Positions 1 through 10,034 of a DNA stretch of 64,000 bases are shown one piece after another. The notes beneath the pieces are model-generated. The model saw nothing but the letters and a program-made list of their open reading frames with translations. It was not told the DNA's origin and did not search any database. How positions within the stretch are numbered: the first letter of the stretch is position 1; every line of letters begins with the position of its first letter. This stretch comes from a virus (taxonomy: Duplodnaviria; Caudoviricetes): positions 1 to 64,000 of IMG/VR virus record IMGVR_UViG_2660238492_000006; one strand, written 5' to 3'. The position numbers and the translations under genes were made by a program.

Positions 1-141
1 ATTATTCACCTCATATATATATTATAGCACTTTAAGTAAAAAATAAACTGTTTTTCAATCTTAATATTCCCTAAAACTATTTACATATTACTTAAATAGG
101 AATATAATTATATTATAAGGTGTATGAAAGAGAGTGGTTAA

Positions 142-804
142 ATGTATGAATTACCAGAAACAATTAAATCAATTGATTTAGTGGAAATTATTAATGACTA
201 TAGGGAAATGGAAGGGAAAACAAAATTACTTCATAAAAATTTTATGGCTAAAATTAAAAATGAAGTTGAAACATTGAAAACACTAGGTTTAGACAACGAG
301 CTAAATTTTAAGCCCGTTGAATATGTAGATAAAAAAGGTGAAAAAAGACCATGTTATGAACTTAGTAAAGATGCAATGTTTGAAATGTTAGTTTCAGAAT
401 CTGTGCTTGTAAGATACAAAACAATACAATATGTTAATAAATTACAAGATAGATTAGAAGAGTATAAAAAAGAAATAACTAAAAAGTTAACTGGAGCTGT
501 TCCATCAGAAAACATTAAATTACTAGAATATGATTCATTGACTATAGAAAAAGTATTACAAATATTAAAATCATCATTATCTGATGGATTTATAGCCAAT
601 AAAGGTGAATATACTGCTATATTAAAAGAAGTAGTATATAAACAATTATCTGCTAATGGATTAAATAAAAGCAAGTTTAATAGATTTTTACGTGATAACA
701 ATTTAGTTAAAATATCTAAGAATGGTGGACTTGCATATTATCAAATTAGAATAGATGGTAAAAATTCATGGCATTATTTTGTAAGAACTAAAACATTGAA
801 ATAA
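142..804 (+). CDS. Rha-like phage regulatory/antirepressor protein
   Basis: N-terminus LLHKNFMAKI...FKPVEYVDKKGEKRPCYELSK typical of Rha-family domains. Confidence 0.7.
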   Translation: MYELPETIKSIDLVEIINDYREMEGKTKLLHKNFMAKIKNEVETLKTLGLDNELNFKPVEYVDKKGEKRPCYELSKDAMFEMLVSESVLVRYKTIQYVNKLQDRLEEYKKEITKKLTGAVPSENIKLLEYDSLTIEKVLQILKSSLSDGFIANKGEYTAILKEVVYKQLSANGLNKSKFNRFLRDNNLVKISKNGGLAYYQIRIDGKNSWHYFVRTKTLK

Positions 805-825
805 TAACAATGGAGGAATTAAAAA

Positions 826-1125
826 ATGATTAAGAATTATGTAGAAAAAGATGATATATTTGAAGCAATACAATGGGACGGAAATAATTTACAAGAAATA
901 TTAGATTTCTGCAATATAGCATCTTCTAGTGAAGATAGAAGTACATTATATTTTAAAACAAATTACTTTGATGAATCTAAAAAACAAATAATAAAAGGAA
1001 ATGTCAAAGTGGAAATTGGAGAATACATTTATAAATATGCACCAAGTGGAATGAAAAAAATGTGCTTTAAAATGAGCAAAGAAGAATTTGAAAAAGACAA
1101 TATTATAGTTAAGCCAATTTATTAA
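826..1125 (+). CDS. phage hypothetical protein (EAIQWDGNN motif)
   Basis: ORF with GGAGG RBS; motif common in small phage proteins. Confidence 0.6.
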   Translation: MIKNYVEKDDIFEAIQWDGNNLQEILDFCNIASSSEDRSTLYFKTNYFDESKKQIIKGNVKVEIGEYIYKYAPSGMKKMCFKMSKEEFEKDNIIVKPIY

Positions 1126-1204
1126 AAAAGAAATTTAAACACTTTGAATATAAAAATGATGAACGATATTTATAGACCTATAGGAGATTTTTATTTATAA
1201 ATTT

Positions 1205-1270
1205 AAGAGTAGCTAATCTACTCTTTTTATTTTGCGTAAAAATAAGACTAGAATATTATCTCCTAGTCTT
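1205..1270. terminator. paired intrinsic terminators between convergent genes
   Basis: AAGAGTAG/CTACTCTT hairpin followed by a T-run; second hairpin AAGACTAG/CTAGTCTT. Confidence 0.6.
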
Positions 1271-1661
1271 ACATTAAATATACAGAGCAAATAAATACTA
1301 TTGCCATTAACTGTATAAAATAATCTTCTCCACCTCTAGTTTTTATTTTCTTTAGTCCATAATATTTTCGACTCCAAGGATAAAGATATGGTGTTCCCAT
1401 CTTGGTAAAGCTATCAGCTATTAAATGTAATCCATAATTAATAAACCACACTAAAGCAATATTAAAATTAAATATACTTATAAAAGCTGTACTTATAGTT
1501 AAAAATAATAATGAATGAGTTATAGTTCTATGTTTTAATCCTAAATAAAAGTCCCAATCTGGAACAACACTTCCTAATACTCCTATGGCACTTACTGGCT
1601 CTTTTAATATTATTGGAATTGTAGCTGCTAATCCTAACGCTACATGAGTTCTTTTCATCAT
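1269..1661 (-). CDS. YdjM-like membrane metal-dependent hydrolase
   Basis: RTH...PDWD...HRTITHS...HLIADSFT motif set. Confidence 0.8.
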   Translation of the reverse strand: MMKRTHVALGLAATIPIILKEPVSAIGVLGSVVPDWDFYLGLKHRTITHSLLFLTISTAFISIFNFNIALVWFINYGLHLIADSFTKMGTPYLYPWSRKYYGLKKIKTRGGEDYFIQLMAIVFICSVYLM

Positions 1662-1773
1662 AAGATCACCTACTTAAATTATATGTATTATTTATTTTTA
1701 ACTTTTAAAAATTTTCTATTCAAAAAAGAAAGCTAAAACATTTCTGTAATAGCTCTCTAAAAATATAATTCAA

Positions 1774-2025
1774 TTATACTAATAATATATTTAAATCATT
1801 AGTTATTTCTGTTATTTCTTCATTTAATTCATTTAAATAAGTTTTAATAACAGAAAGTATCTCATTGTTCTCTACTAATCCTAAATCAAATGTACAGTAG
1901 AAATTTAAGTCTATTAAATATAAATGTTTTATATTTAATGAAACTAAATATTCTCCTTTTTTGATTATAGTTTGTGATCTATTAATAGATGTAAAAATTA
2001 TTGTTCCTGATTTTATTCCATTCAT
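1774..2025 (-). CDS. hypothetical protein
   Basis: ORF with AAGGAG RBS. Confidence 0.55.
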   Translation of the reverse strand: MNGIKSGTIIFTSINRSQTIIKKGEYLVSLNIKHLYLIDLNFYCTFDLGLVENNEILSVIKTYLNELNEEITEITNDLNILLV

Positions 2026-2040
2026 TTGTTAATCTCCTTT

Positions 2041-2418
2041 TTATGAAATAATTTTTTGTACTATAGCTAAATCTCTTTTACTTATATCTGTAGCTTTCAA
2101 AGCAGTATAAATGAAATGTATGTCGTTTTTAAACTTCTTATGTGGATATTGTTTAACACTTTGACTTAAGTACTCTCTAACAGCTTTTATTTGTTCTCTA
2201 GTAAGTTCTTTAGAATTAAACTTATCGTGAAAATTCTTATATACATAGTTATAAGTTTCCTCTACTTTTAATGATCTTATCTTTTTAGAGTTCATTTGCT
2301 CTACCACCATTTCTGCTGAAATATTTTTAACTGGTAGTACTCTTAATTTTAATGTTCCCCAGCTTGTGAATAATTTTATTGCTATTGGCAATATTAATAA
2401 TATGATTATTGTTGACAT
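2041..2418 (-). CDS. membrane-anchored hypothetical protein
   Basis: N-terminal hydrophobic helix; strong RBS. Confidence 0.6.
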   Translation of the reverse strand: MSTIIILLILPIAIKLFTSWGTLKLRVLPVKNISAEMVVEQMNSKKIRSLKVEETYNYVYKNFHDKFNSKELTREQIKAVREYLSQSVKQYPHKKFKNDIHFIYTALKATDISKRDLAIVQKIIS

Positions 2419-2644
2419 AATGTCACCCTCCTCTTTTAGTTTTGCATATCGCTTAAGCGTTTGTTGTGCGTGATTTTTTTCTTAAGTAATATGTAATCTA
2501 AAGTGTAGGATAAAATGTTGTGTTAGCTATAGGGTTAGTTGTAGGGGAATATATGTGTCCCCTATAAACTAACTTTTTTAATTGTTGTGATTACTATATT
2601 CGACTAACTCAATAAAATAGAGAGTATGCTGTAATAAATAAAAT

Positions 2645-3223
2645 TTAAAATAAAAAGGAATGCAGATTATTGTAGTGTAAATCTGTATATATTACATCAA
2701 AGTTGGACGAGTTATATCTAACATCATTTAGGCTTGGACGAGATATTATGACAATAGGAAAAGTTCCATAGCATTGTTTTTGAAGTGTTCCTTCTCTATA
2801 TAATTTCTCATAAAGTTGCATTTTTATATTAGAAGTGTAATGAGTGTAGTCTACTTCTAATATAATAAAGTATAAGTTATTTTCTAAAGTGAACTCTATA
2901 TAGGCATCTGGTCTAATGAGTCTTTTTAAATATTGAGGTTGGAGTTTTATTTGGCGTATTTCTCCACCTCTTTTCTTTACTACCTTTAGAAAGTCATATA
3001 CCAACAGCTCATGGTCCTTTAATTTCTTTTCTTGATAATAAATCTTTTCTCTTGAAAATTGACTTATATAACTCTTTAATAGTTCCATATCTTCTAACTG
3101 TTTAAGCCTTCTTCTACAACTCTCATAAGTTCCATTAAAGAATAATTCTGTTGCTTGTGGCACGCTTATAGCTTTATAATCTTCTATCCATTTTAAAACT
3201 TGTCTATCCCTCTCTGTTAGCAT
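2645..3223 (-). CDS. replication-relaxation (Replic_Relax)-like protein
   Basis: MLTERD..L winged-helix start, HELLV, IRPDAY, LEVD motifs; coupled to the FtsK gene. Confidence 0.7.
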   Translation of the reverse strand: MLTERDRQVLKWIEDYKAISVPQATELFFNGTYESCRRRLKQLEDMELLKSYISQFSREKIYYQEKKLKDHELLVYDFLKVVKKRGGEIRQIKLQPQYLKRLIRPDAYIEFTLENNLYFIILEVDYTHYTSNIKMQLYEKLYREGTLQKQCYGTFPIVIISRPSLNDVRYNSSNFDVIYTDLHYNNLHSFLF

Positions 3224-4469
3224 TCTTTATTTCCTCCAAACTTATTACACCTTTTCTTTTCCTTTTCTCTTGTACAGGCTTAATATCTTCTATAGGTACA
3301 TCTATAATAGTTGGAGCTTCTATCATTAGTATTTGTCCATTTTCCTTTTTTACATTTAATATTTGTTGCTTTTCTTCTTTGGTTGGAATCCTAATTTCAG
3401 AAACATATTTATTTAATATAACAAAATCATCATCTATATAAGGCACTTTAATATTTATTTCACCATTAGATCCACAAACAATGCACTCACCTTTTTTTAA
3501 CTTCATAGCATTATTAGAATTAATTACATTTTGAGAATCTATAATAGAATTTTGATGAAATGTAATTCTAGTCATTTGTGATTTTACATCTGTATTTAAA
3601 TTAGTTGCTGTAGTCCTTTGTAATGCTCCAATTAAATGTACACCTACACTTCGCCCTGCTTTAACTACTTGCCACAATTCTTCCCATACTGGCAATTCCA
3701 TTAGTTCTGACATTTCTTCACAGATTAAGATTACTCTTTTCATTTTTTTACTTTTAAAATGTTTATTCCATTGATTTATATTTCTTATACCATGTGCTTT
3801 AAACAGATTACTTCTATCATCTATTTTCTTTTTAACCTTATTTATTGCTATCAATAATTCGTTGCAATTATAAGCTACCATTTTTACTGGCAAACAATCT
3901 TCAAATGAACTTATCTCTCCCTTTATTAGTTGAGTAAGATATAATTCTATATTCTTAGAGCTGTTATATATTAAGTTTGTTAATATACTTGATAATAACA
4001 TTGATTTTCCATAACCTGTTGCTCCTGCTATTAATAACATTGGATGTTCATCTAAATTTAAAAAATATGGTTGTCCTTTATAATCTCTTCCTATATAAAG
4101 TTGATTTTCTCTACATTTAACTGGTTCAAAATAGAACTTAGCAATATCTTTATTAATCGCATATAGCCTTATATCATTATTAAATTTATCTTTTTCTATA
4201 TTAATTATTGAATTTAAATTGCATTCCAGTATATTTAATTTACTTTCTAAATGTTCTATACTTAAGCCTTTAACATTGTTCAAATGAGCTATATATCCAT
4301 AATTGGTTGTTTCAAGCTTATATATACTAAATGTTTCATCTTGCCTGTTTCTAATTCCTGTAGCATTCATTATTTCATTAAAATCATTCTTAAATTTTCT
4401 TTCATCTGCTGTATTTAAATAGTTATACATATAAGTACCTGCTATAGCTAAACCTAATTCAACAAACAT
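3204..4469 (-). CDS. FtsK/SpoIIIE-domain ATPase
   Basis: Walker A GATGYGKS, ILICEE, GRSVGVHLIGALQR. Confidence 0.9.
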   Translation of the reverse strand: MFVELGLAIAGTYMYNYLNTADERKFKNDFNEIMNATGIRNRQDETFSIYKLETTNYGYIAHLNNVKGLSIEHLESKLNILECNLNSIINIEKDKFNNDIRLYAINKDIAKFYFEPVKCRENQLYIGRDYKGQPYFLNLDEHPMLLIAGATGYGKSMLLSSILTNLIYNSSKNIELYLTQLIKGEISSFEDCLPVKMVAYNCNELLIAINKVKKKIDDRSNLFKAHGIRNINQWNKHFKSKKMKRVILICEEMSELMELPVWEELWQVVKAGRSVGVHLIGALQRTTATNLNTDVKSQMTRITFHQNSIIDSQNVINSNNAMKLKKGECIVCGSNGEINIKVPYIDDDFVILNKYVSEIRIPTKEEKQQILNVKKENGQILMIEAPTIIDVPIEDIKPVQEKRKRKGVISLEEIKNANREG

Positions 4470-4627
4470 TAACTTTTCGCCTTCTTGCTAATTGCTGTTG
4501 TTATAACCATTAATATTGTTCCTCCGTATAATATAAAACCTTCAAACGTACCGAAACCAAATGCTGAACCTAGGACTTTACAATTGCTATAAATGTAATT
4601 AAATAGTCTAATATCTAAATCAAACAT
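4469..4627 (-). CDS. small membrane protein (52 aa, not in ORF track)
   Basis: MFDLDIRLFNY...FILYGGTILMVITTAISKKAKS; stop overlaps the FtsK ATG (TAATG). Confidence 0.65.
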   Translation of the reverse strand: MFDLDIRLFNYIYSNCKVLGSAFGFGTFEGFILYGGTILMVITTAISKKAKS

Positions 4628-4790
4628 ATCTATTCTCCTTTCTTAAATATTTTTCCGGATAATATATTTCCCCCAAAGTTTGTTTAATTTCATCTCCTCT
4701 GTCCTCCATCTCAAACAATCTTTTATATAATTCTAATTCTTTTTTAGAAGTAGTTTTAAAACTAATCCTTATTACTAAAGCTTGGCTCAT
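4620..4790 (-). CDS. small RHH-like DNA-binding protein (56 aa)
   Basis: MSQALVIRISFKTTSKKELELYKRL...; AAGGAG RBS. Confidence 0.6.
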   Translation of the reverse strand: MSQALVIRISFKTTSKKELELYKRLFEMEDRGDEIKQTLGEIYYPEKYLRKENRYV

Positions 4791-4888
4791 TTTTAAACTC
4801 CTTTTTGTTAATTCTATACTCTATACTATGCAGAAACTTTATTAAACTTTCCTAAAATTTAATAAAATATAAAAAAATAAGAGTAGGT

Positions 4889-5062
4889 TTATTCCCTACT
4901 CTTAAGCATTTTTTCATATATTAACTGTTTTAGATAAGAACTTTTGCCAATTACCTTACTATTTTTTGCTAAAAAACTGTACAATTCCATATCCAGTTCA
5001 TTTTCCTTGTTAAATGTAGCTTCTGCTTTTTCATATTCATACTTTCCAACCTTTTTAGTCAC
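4889..5062 (-). CDS. small RHH-like DNA-binding protein (57 aa, GTG start)
   Basis: MTKKVGKYEYEKAEATFNKENELDMELYSFL...KSSYLKQLIYEKM; GAGGTGG RBS. Confidence 0.6.
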   Translation of the reverse strand: MTKKVGKYEYEKAEATFNKENELDMELYSFLAKNSKVIGKSSYLKQLIYEKMLKSRE

Positions 5063-5185
5063 CAAACCACCTCTATAATAATTTTACTATATTTTGTAAA
5101 TAATATCCACATAGTATATATTTTACAATTTAGTTTTATTAATATATAATGGTAATAATTAGGCTAGACTGGTGGTGATTTTTAA

Positions 5186-5392
5186 ATGTTATACCTTTTA
5201 GGAGCTGTTATAGCAATACTTTTGTTTTTCTTGTTCAGTGGACAAGTTAATTACTTTCTTAATTCAAACTATGTTATTCCAACAATAATAATTATTATTT
5301 CTATAATTTTAATAAAGTTTATAATTGTAAATCCCATAATAAATGCCCTACATAATAATAAAAGGAAAAATAAAAAAGTTAAAAGGTGGTAA
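5186..5392 (+). CDS. small two-TM membrane protein
   Basis: two hydrophobic segments, basic tail, GGTGGTG RBS. Confidence 0.6.
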   Translation: MLYLLGAVIAILLFFLFSGQVNYFLNSNYVIPTIIIIISIILIKFIIVNPIINALHNNKRKNKKVKRW

Positions 5393-5778
5393 AAGATATG
5401 AGAAAAATATTAATGAAAATTTTTAGTATGCTATTTATAAGTTGTACGTTATTTTCAACTAATGCTTTTGCTGGAACTTGGACACCACATGAAGGATATA
5501 ATGGTGTTGCTGTATCATGGGAATATTATAACGATGATGGTAGTATGCCTATAGAATGGAAATATATCGATGGATATTGGTATTACTTTGAAGATGGGAT
5601 TACAAGAACAGCACCTCTAAAGGAGAATGGAAAATGCTATTATTTTAATAGTGATGCTCAATTACTTACTAATCAATATGTTAAAGTTGGTAGCGGTAAA
5701 TATGGTTTTTGGTATTGGGCAGATAGTTCTGGTGCTATTAATTATGATTATAGTTGGTTACCTGAAAATTTATCTTAA
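5386..5778 (+). CDS. secreted cell-wall-binding-repeat protein
   Basis: signal peptide plus WKYIDGYWYYF-type repeats. Confidence 0.8.
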   Translation: MVKDMRKILMKIFSMLFISCTLFSTNAFAGTWTPHEGYNGVAVSWEYYNDDGSMPIEWKYIDGYWYYFEDGITRTAPLKENGKCYYFNSDAQLLTNQYVKVGSGKYGFWYWADSSGAINYDYSWLPENLS

Positions 5779-5941
5779 AACTAAAGCAGTAAGTAAGATT
5801 AATTCTTTACCTACTGCTTTTATTAATGCATATTATCACTAGTTTTGGTCAATGATTTTAATATAAGAGAAATATAACTTTAAATCTCCTGTTATCTTTT
5901 TCTTTGTAATTTCCTCTTAAGATTATATCGCATATAAAAAT

Positions 5942-5979
5942 AAGGGCAATACATAGATATTTCTCTACATACTGCCCTT
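5942..5979. terminator. terminator hairpin, homologous to 48983-49020
   Basis: AAGGGCAATACATAG...CTACATACTGCCCTT. Confidence 0.6.
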
Positions 5980-6104
5980 AAGTAGTTTATATTACAAAAT
6001 AGTATTCTCTAGCTACTGTTTAATCTTTTCTAAAAACATTGTATCTCTTTATATAGTAAGCTATAATTAAATTATAAATCATCATTCAAAAGGAGGTACT
6101 ATTT

Positions 6105-6299
6105 ATGTTTAAAGAAATGAAAAAGTTATTAAATTATCATTTTGAAAAAATGCAAACTTTTAATAAAGAAAATGAAATTAATAAATTAAATATAGCTGAA
6201 AAAAATGATTCTTTTTCTAAAGTTTTAAATAATAAAATAGCATCTTCTGAATCTAGAATATCAGAACTTAGAAAATCTATTCAAAATACAAAGCTATAG
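6105..6299 (+). CDS. hypothetical coiled-coil protein
   Basis: AGGAGG RBS; overlaps the 3' end of the convergent gene. Confidence 0.5.
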   Translation: MFKEMKKLLNYHFEKMQTFNKENEINKLNIAEKNDSFSKVLNNKIASSESRISELRKSIQNTKL

Positions 6300-7185
6300 G
6301 CATAACTATCTTCATATTTTCATTAAACCCAAGAAAGTTTATATATAGTTCTTTAAATGTCTGCTCTAGAATTGTATTTATTTCTCCAAAAGCAGTTTCT
6401 CTTTCATTTTCCTTATTCATGGAATTTTTCAATGTACTTGTAAGTTTACCCAATATCTTTATTTTGCCAGAATAATTAAATTTTATTTGATTTAAAGATT
6501 CTCTTAAGTATTTATTTGTTATAGGAATTAAGAAATTTTCACAAATTATAAATTCTGAATATGGTATCATACTACCTATAATTTTAAATATTTTTTTATA
6601 TCCTAAAAATTCATTACATGAATTTTTTTTTATTGTTTCTATTTGTTTTTCTTTAGTTTTTTTAACATTGGAACTCATATTAGTTGCATTTGCTTCAAAT
6701 TCATTTCTTAAATCTCCAATAGTCGTTTCACCCATAAAATCAATAAACTCATCTGTAAAAATATTAGTTAAATATTCTAAATCTCTAATTGCAAAATTGT
6801 TATTAATCTCTAAGTAATCGCCTATTTTGCATTCTGATATATTATTTATTAATTTTTCTTTTTTTAAATATGATACAAGTAAATCAAATGCATTATCATG
6901 TAATATTTTTTCAATTAACTCTTTACCAATTTCTGTTTGAGATAATGTATTAGTAGTACTTAATGAATCTTTATCTTCTGATAGTGTAAAATTTAAAAGT
7001 GGTTTAAATCCTATTTCAGTTTTAAAACTTCCTTTGTTAGGCTGAGAAGTTTCCATTTTCGTTGTTGCTACTTCATCTGCTGTTTCAGCAACTGTTGATT
7101 TTAAAAGTCCTCCGTTTATTTGTGATAGATAAGAATTTAGTGTATCTGTATCTAAATATACAAAATGTCTCATAATATCCTCCAT
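6277..7185 (-). CDS. DUF6414-like accessory protein
   Basis: N-terminal FVYLDTDTLNSYLSQI.GG and C-terminal PIALY resemble DUF6414. Confidence 0.6.
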   Translation of the reverse strand: MEDIMRHFVYLDTDTLNSYLSQINGGLLKSTVAETADEVATTKMETSQPNKGSFKTEIGFKPLLNFTLSEDKDSLSTTNTLSQTEIGKELIEKILHDNAFDLLVSYLKKEKLINNISECKIGDYLEINNNFAIRDLEYLTNIFTDEFIDFMGETTIGDLRNEFEANATNMSSNVKKTKEKQIETIKKNSCNEFLGYKKIFKIIGSMIPYSEFIICENFLIPITNKYLRESLNQIKFNYSGKIKILGKLTSTLKNSMNKENERETAFGEINTILEQTFKELYINFLGFNENMKIVMPIALYFE

Positions 7186-7556
7186 TATAATATTAAATTT
7201 AACTAAATAAATGATATAATAAAGTTATATTAAACGAACTCTATTATATCTAAGAACTCATTATTGATTGGTAGTCGCATGAGTTCTTTTTTATTGGTTA
7301 TATTTACATAATACTACAAATTGTACAGGTTTTCCATAAGAAGAAAAAGGGTAGCAAATAAGATTTCTCCTATCTGCTACCCTTCGTTTTCTAATTTTAT
7401 GTGTAATTTAGCCACATATATTATATACTATTTCATAGAATAAAACCAACTGCCTAAAATATTGACTTCTATACGACAACTTACACGACACTAGAACCTG
7501 TGTCATACTATTAATATATCTATTTTGCAATTAATTGTTCCTTAATATTAATTATT

Positions 7557-8342
7557 CTATATATTCCCTGTATAATCTCCATTTAAAAACATAGCTGCTT
7601 CTTTAGTTCTACGTCTGTAAAGTCCTTCTATTCTTTTACCGCCCCCATTACTCCATGCTTGAAAGTTAGATGTAATTGTATTTTTATCTCTTATGCCACT
7701 ACATACATTTCTATATAGTGTTGAACCTAAAAGACCACTAGTTCCACAATTATATGCAAATGAAACCAAAGCATCAAATTCATTTTGCTTTAATGTAATA
7801 CCTTTAGAATTTAAGTCTTTCTTTATTGGTGGAGCATATTTATTTTCAATTAGATCTTTTAGCATACTTGTTGCATGTTCCTCTGTTACATATTCCAACC
7901 CTTCTATTTCTTTTCCTGTCATTCCATAACCTAATGTTCTAACTCCTACACAATCTATATAAGGTTTAGAAAAGTAACCTTCCCAAGACTTTATAAAATC
8001 TATACACTTTTCTGATACTAAATATCCTTTTTCTATCCATGCACCTTTACAATCAAAACTATATTCTTTACCATCAATTATTTTAGTAGAGTTACCAAAC
8101 ATCTCACCCTTAAATCCATTGCCTATAGGATTTAGATAATACCACTTATTTTTATCTTTTAACCACCCTGTTTTCATAGCTCCATTAGAATCTAAGTAAT
8201 ACCATCTTCCATCTTTATCTTTTGCCCATCCAGTCTGCATTATACCTTCATCATTTAAATAGTACCATTTTCCATTATCTTCATACCAACCTTTTGTGAC
8301 TTTTCCATCTGTACCTTCAACACACCATTTCCAATTAGACAT
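7557..8342 (-). CDS. endolysin: cell-wall-binding repeats plus GH24 lysozyme
   Basis: WYYL..G.M.TGW repeats; EG...PY.DCVG..TLGYG, FDALVSFAYN, GL.RRR.KEA. Confidence 0.9.
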   Translation of the reverse strand: MSNWKWCVEGTDGKVTKGWYEDNGKWYYLNDEGIMQTGWAKDKDGRWYYLDSNGAMKTGWLKDKNKWYYLNPIGNGFKGEMFGNSTKIIDGKEYSFDCKGAWIEKGYLVSEKCIDFIKSWEGYFSKPYIDCVGVRTLGYGMTGKEIEGLEYVTEEHATSMLKDLIENKYAPPIKKDLNSKGITLKQNEFDALVSFAYNCGTSGLLGSTLYRNVCSGIRDKNTITSNFQAWSNGGGKRIEGLYRRRTKEAAMFLNGDYTGNI

Positions 8343-8400
8343 TTATACATTCCTCCTTCTATTTATATAACAAAAAAGGTAGCTAAAAACGCTACCTCTA

Positions 8401-8571
8401 TTATTCATTATTTTTTCTATCCTTGCTAAAATAAAAAGCTATAATCATAGTATATATAGTTATAAACTCTGTTGTAAGCTTATTAGTACAAGCAAGAATT
8501 GCAAACACAATAGTCATAATAACTGCTATTAACCACCTTGCACTAGTGACTTTATTTAGTAATCTGTCCAT
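8401..8571 (-). CDS. small two-TM holin-like protein (56 aa, not in track)
   Basis: MDRLLNKVTSARWLIAVIMTIVF...MIIAFYFSKDRKNNE, lying between BhlA and the lysin. Confidence 0.65.
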   Translation of the reverse strand: MDRLLNKVTSARWLIAVIMTIVFAILACTNKLTTEFITIYTMIIAFYFSKDRKNNE

Positions 8572-8582
8572 ATAAATCACTC

Positions 8583-8822
8583 CTATTTTTCAATTTTACT
8601 TTTAATTTCTTTTACATCTTCCTTTATATCCTCAACAACATTAAACTTTTGAGCTAAAGTATCTAATAAATCTTGATATCTATTTTCTCTATTTCCTGTT
8701 GTCTTTAGAACATATAATAGTAGAAAAACAAATAATGCATATCCTAATCCCTGACTTAAGGCCATTTTCATTATTTCATCCATAACAGACTCCTTCCTTA
8801 ATTTTATATACGAAAAAGACAC
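8583..8822 (-). CDS. BhlA/UviB-family holin (likely start MDEIMK)
   Basis: SQGLGYALFVFLLLYVLK...RENRYQ. Confidence 0.85.
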   Translation of the reverse strand: MSFSYIKLRKESVMDEIMKMALSQGLGYALFVFLLLYVLKTTGNRENRYQDLLDTLAQKFNVVEDIKEDVKEIKSKIEK

Positions 8823-8864
8823 CTACATTACATAAGTGCCTTTAATAAACTTTATTTTTTAATT

Positions 8865-10034
8865 TTATTCCACTACAAGAACTGGTATTTTTATTATAAC
8901 TTTTCCTAATGGGGGAATATCTCCAACATTAACTATAATACTTTTAGATGTTGAATTTGAATCAATTGTCCCTTGAGTTGTTATTACTTCACTAGGTATA
9001 AATTGAATATGGTTGGGCGCACTATCATTGATTACTACCTCTTTAGCTGTTTTATCACTTGTGTTAGTAACTTCTATTGTATATGTAAAATTATCTCCTA
9101 CATACACAGAATCTACATCTGCTGTTTTTACAACTTTTAATTGTGCTTCTGCAACTCCCTTAAATATTATAGATACTTGACCACTAGCATTATTAGTATT
9201 ATCTCCTTTGGCATAAGCAGTGTTAATTATATACTCTTGTTCCGGATCTGTTGGTTTAGGTTCAGTATCTTCTTTTGTAACTGTAACTATACAATCAGCT
9301 TTTATATCTGTTCCCTTAATTTGTGCTGTTATTGTTGCTTGTCCTTCTTTTATAGCTTTAACATTACCATTAGAATCTACTGTTGCAATTGCGTCATCTG
9401 ATGATGACCAGTCTATATCTACAGCTGATGGTGTAGTTGTTGCTATTAATTTCTTTGTGTTATTTTCTTTTAAGTTTAATGATGATTTATCTAATGATAT
9501 AGTTGAAATATTTTCATTATAAAGTTTTAATACTTCATTTTCATCTATATCTACTGCATTTATTGTAAGATACTCATCAGTATTATTTACAAGTTCCAAA
9601 CTGTGTTCTTTTTTATTTAAATCTAATTTTTCATAAACTAAAATATTTTCACTACTATTAGTACCATTATTTATAACATATTTATCTATTTTCTTTCCAT
9701 CAATAATTATATCAACATCTTTAGACGTTGTTTGCCAATATCCACAAATTAATCTTAATTTATCACCCGTAAAATTAAATTTTATTTTAGATCCACTATA
9801 GTTATATCTTGAATGTAGAGTTTCTGCCCAGGTTGAACCATAATGCCATCCTTCGCCTATATAAGTTATTTGTTCATCTCCACATTTATACCTTTTCCAT
9901 CCATCTTCTGGTTGAGTTAATTGTTGTCCAACTGTTGCCGCATTAGCTATAGTTCCATTTTTCATTATTCCTACACTCATAATGGTTAATACCATTACAA
10001 GCATTATAAGTATCTTTTTAAAACAATTTTTCAT
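8865..10034 (-). CDS. secreted Ig-like (Big_2) plus DUF11 surface protein, moron
   Basis: signal peptide; WSSSD..IATVD.NG.V.A.KEG.ATIT; LKVVKTAD..V.VGD..TYTIEVTN. Confidence 0.8.
   Translation of the reverse strand: MKNCFKKILIMLVMVLTIMSVGIMKNGTIANAATVGQQLTQPEDGWKRYKCGDEQITYIGEGWHYGSTWAETLHSRYNYSGSKIKFNFTGDKLRLICGYWQTTSKDVDIIIDGKKIDKYVINNGTNSSENILVYEKLDLNKKEHSLELVNNTDEYLTINAVDIDENEVLKLYNENISTISLDKSSLNLKENNTKKLIATTTPSAVDIDWSSSDDAIATVDSNGNVKAIKEGQATITAQIKGTDIKADCIVTVTKEDTEPKPTDPEQEYIINTAYAKGDNTNNASGQVSIIFKGVAEAQLKVVKTADVDSVYVGDNFTYTIEVTNTSDKTAKEVVINDSAPNHIQFIPSEVITTQGTIDSNSTSKSIIVNVGDIPPLGKVIIKIPVLVVE

Noticed and set aside
7533-7547. AATTGTTCCTTAATA repeated near 47913
   Set aside because: Short AT-rich match, with the second copy inside a small ORF; no supportable function.
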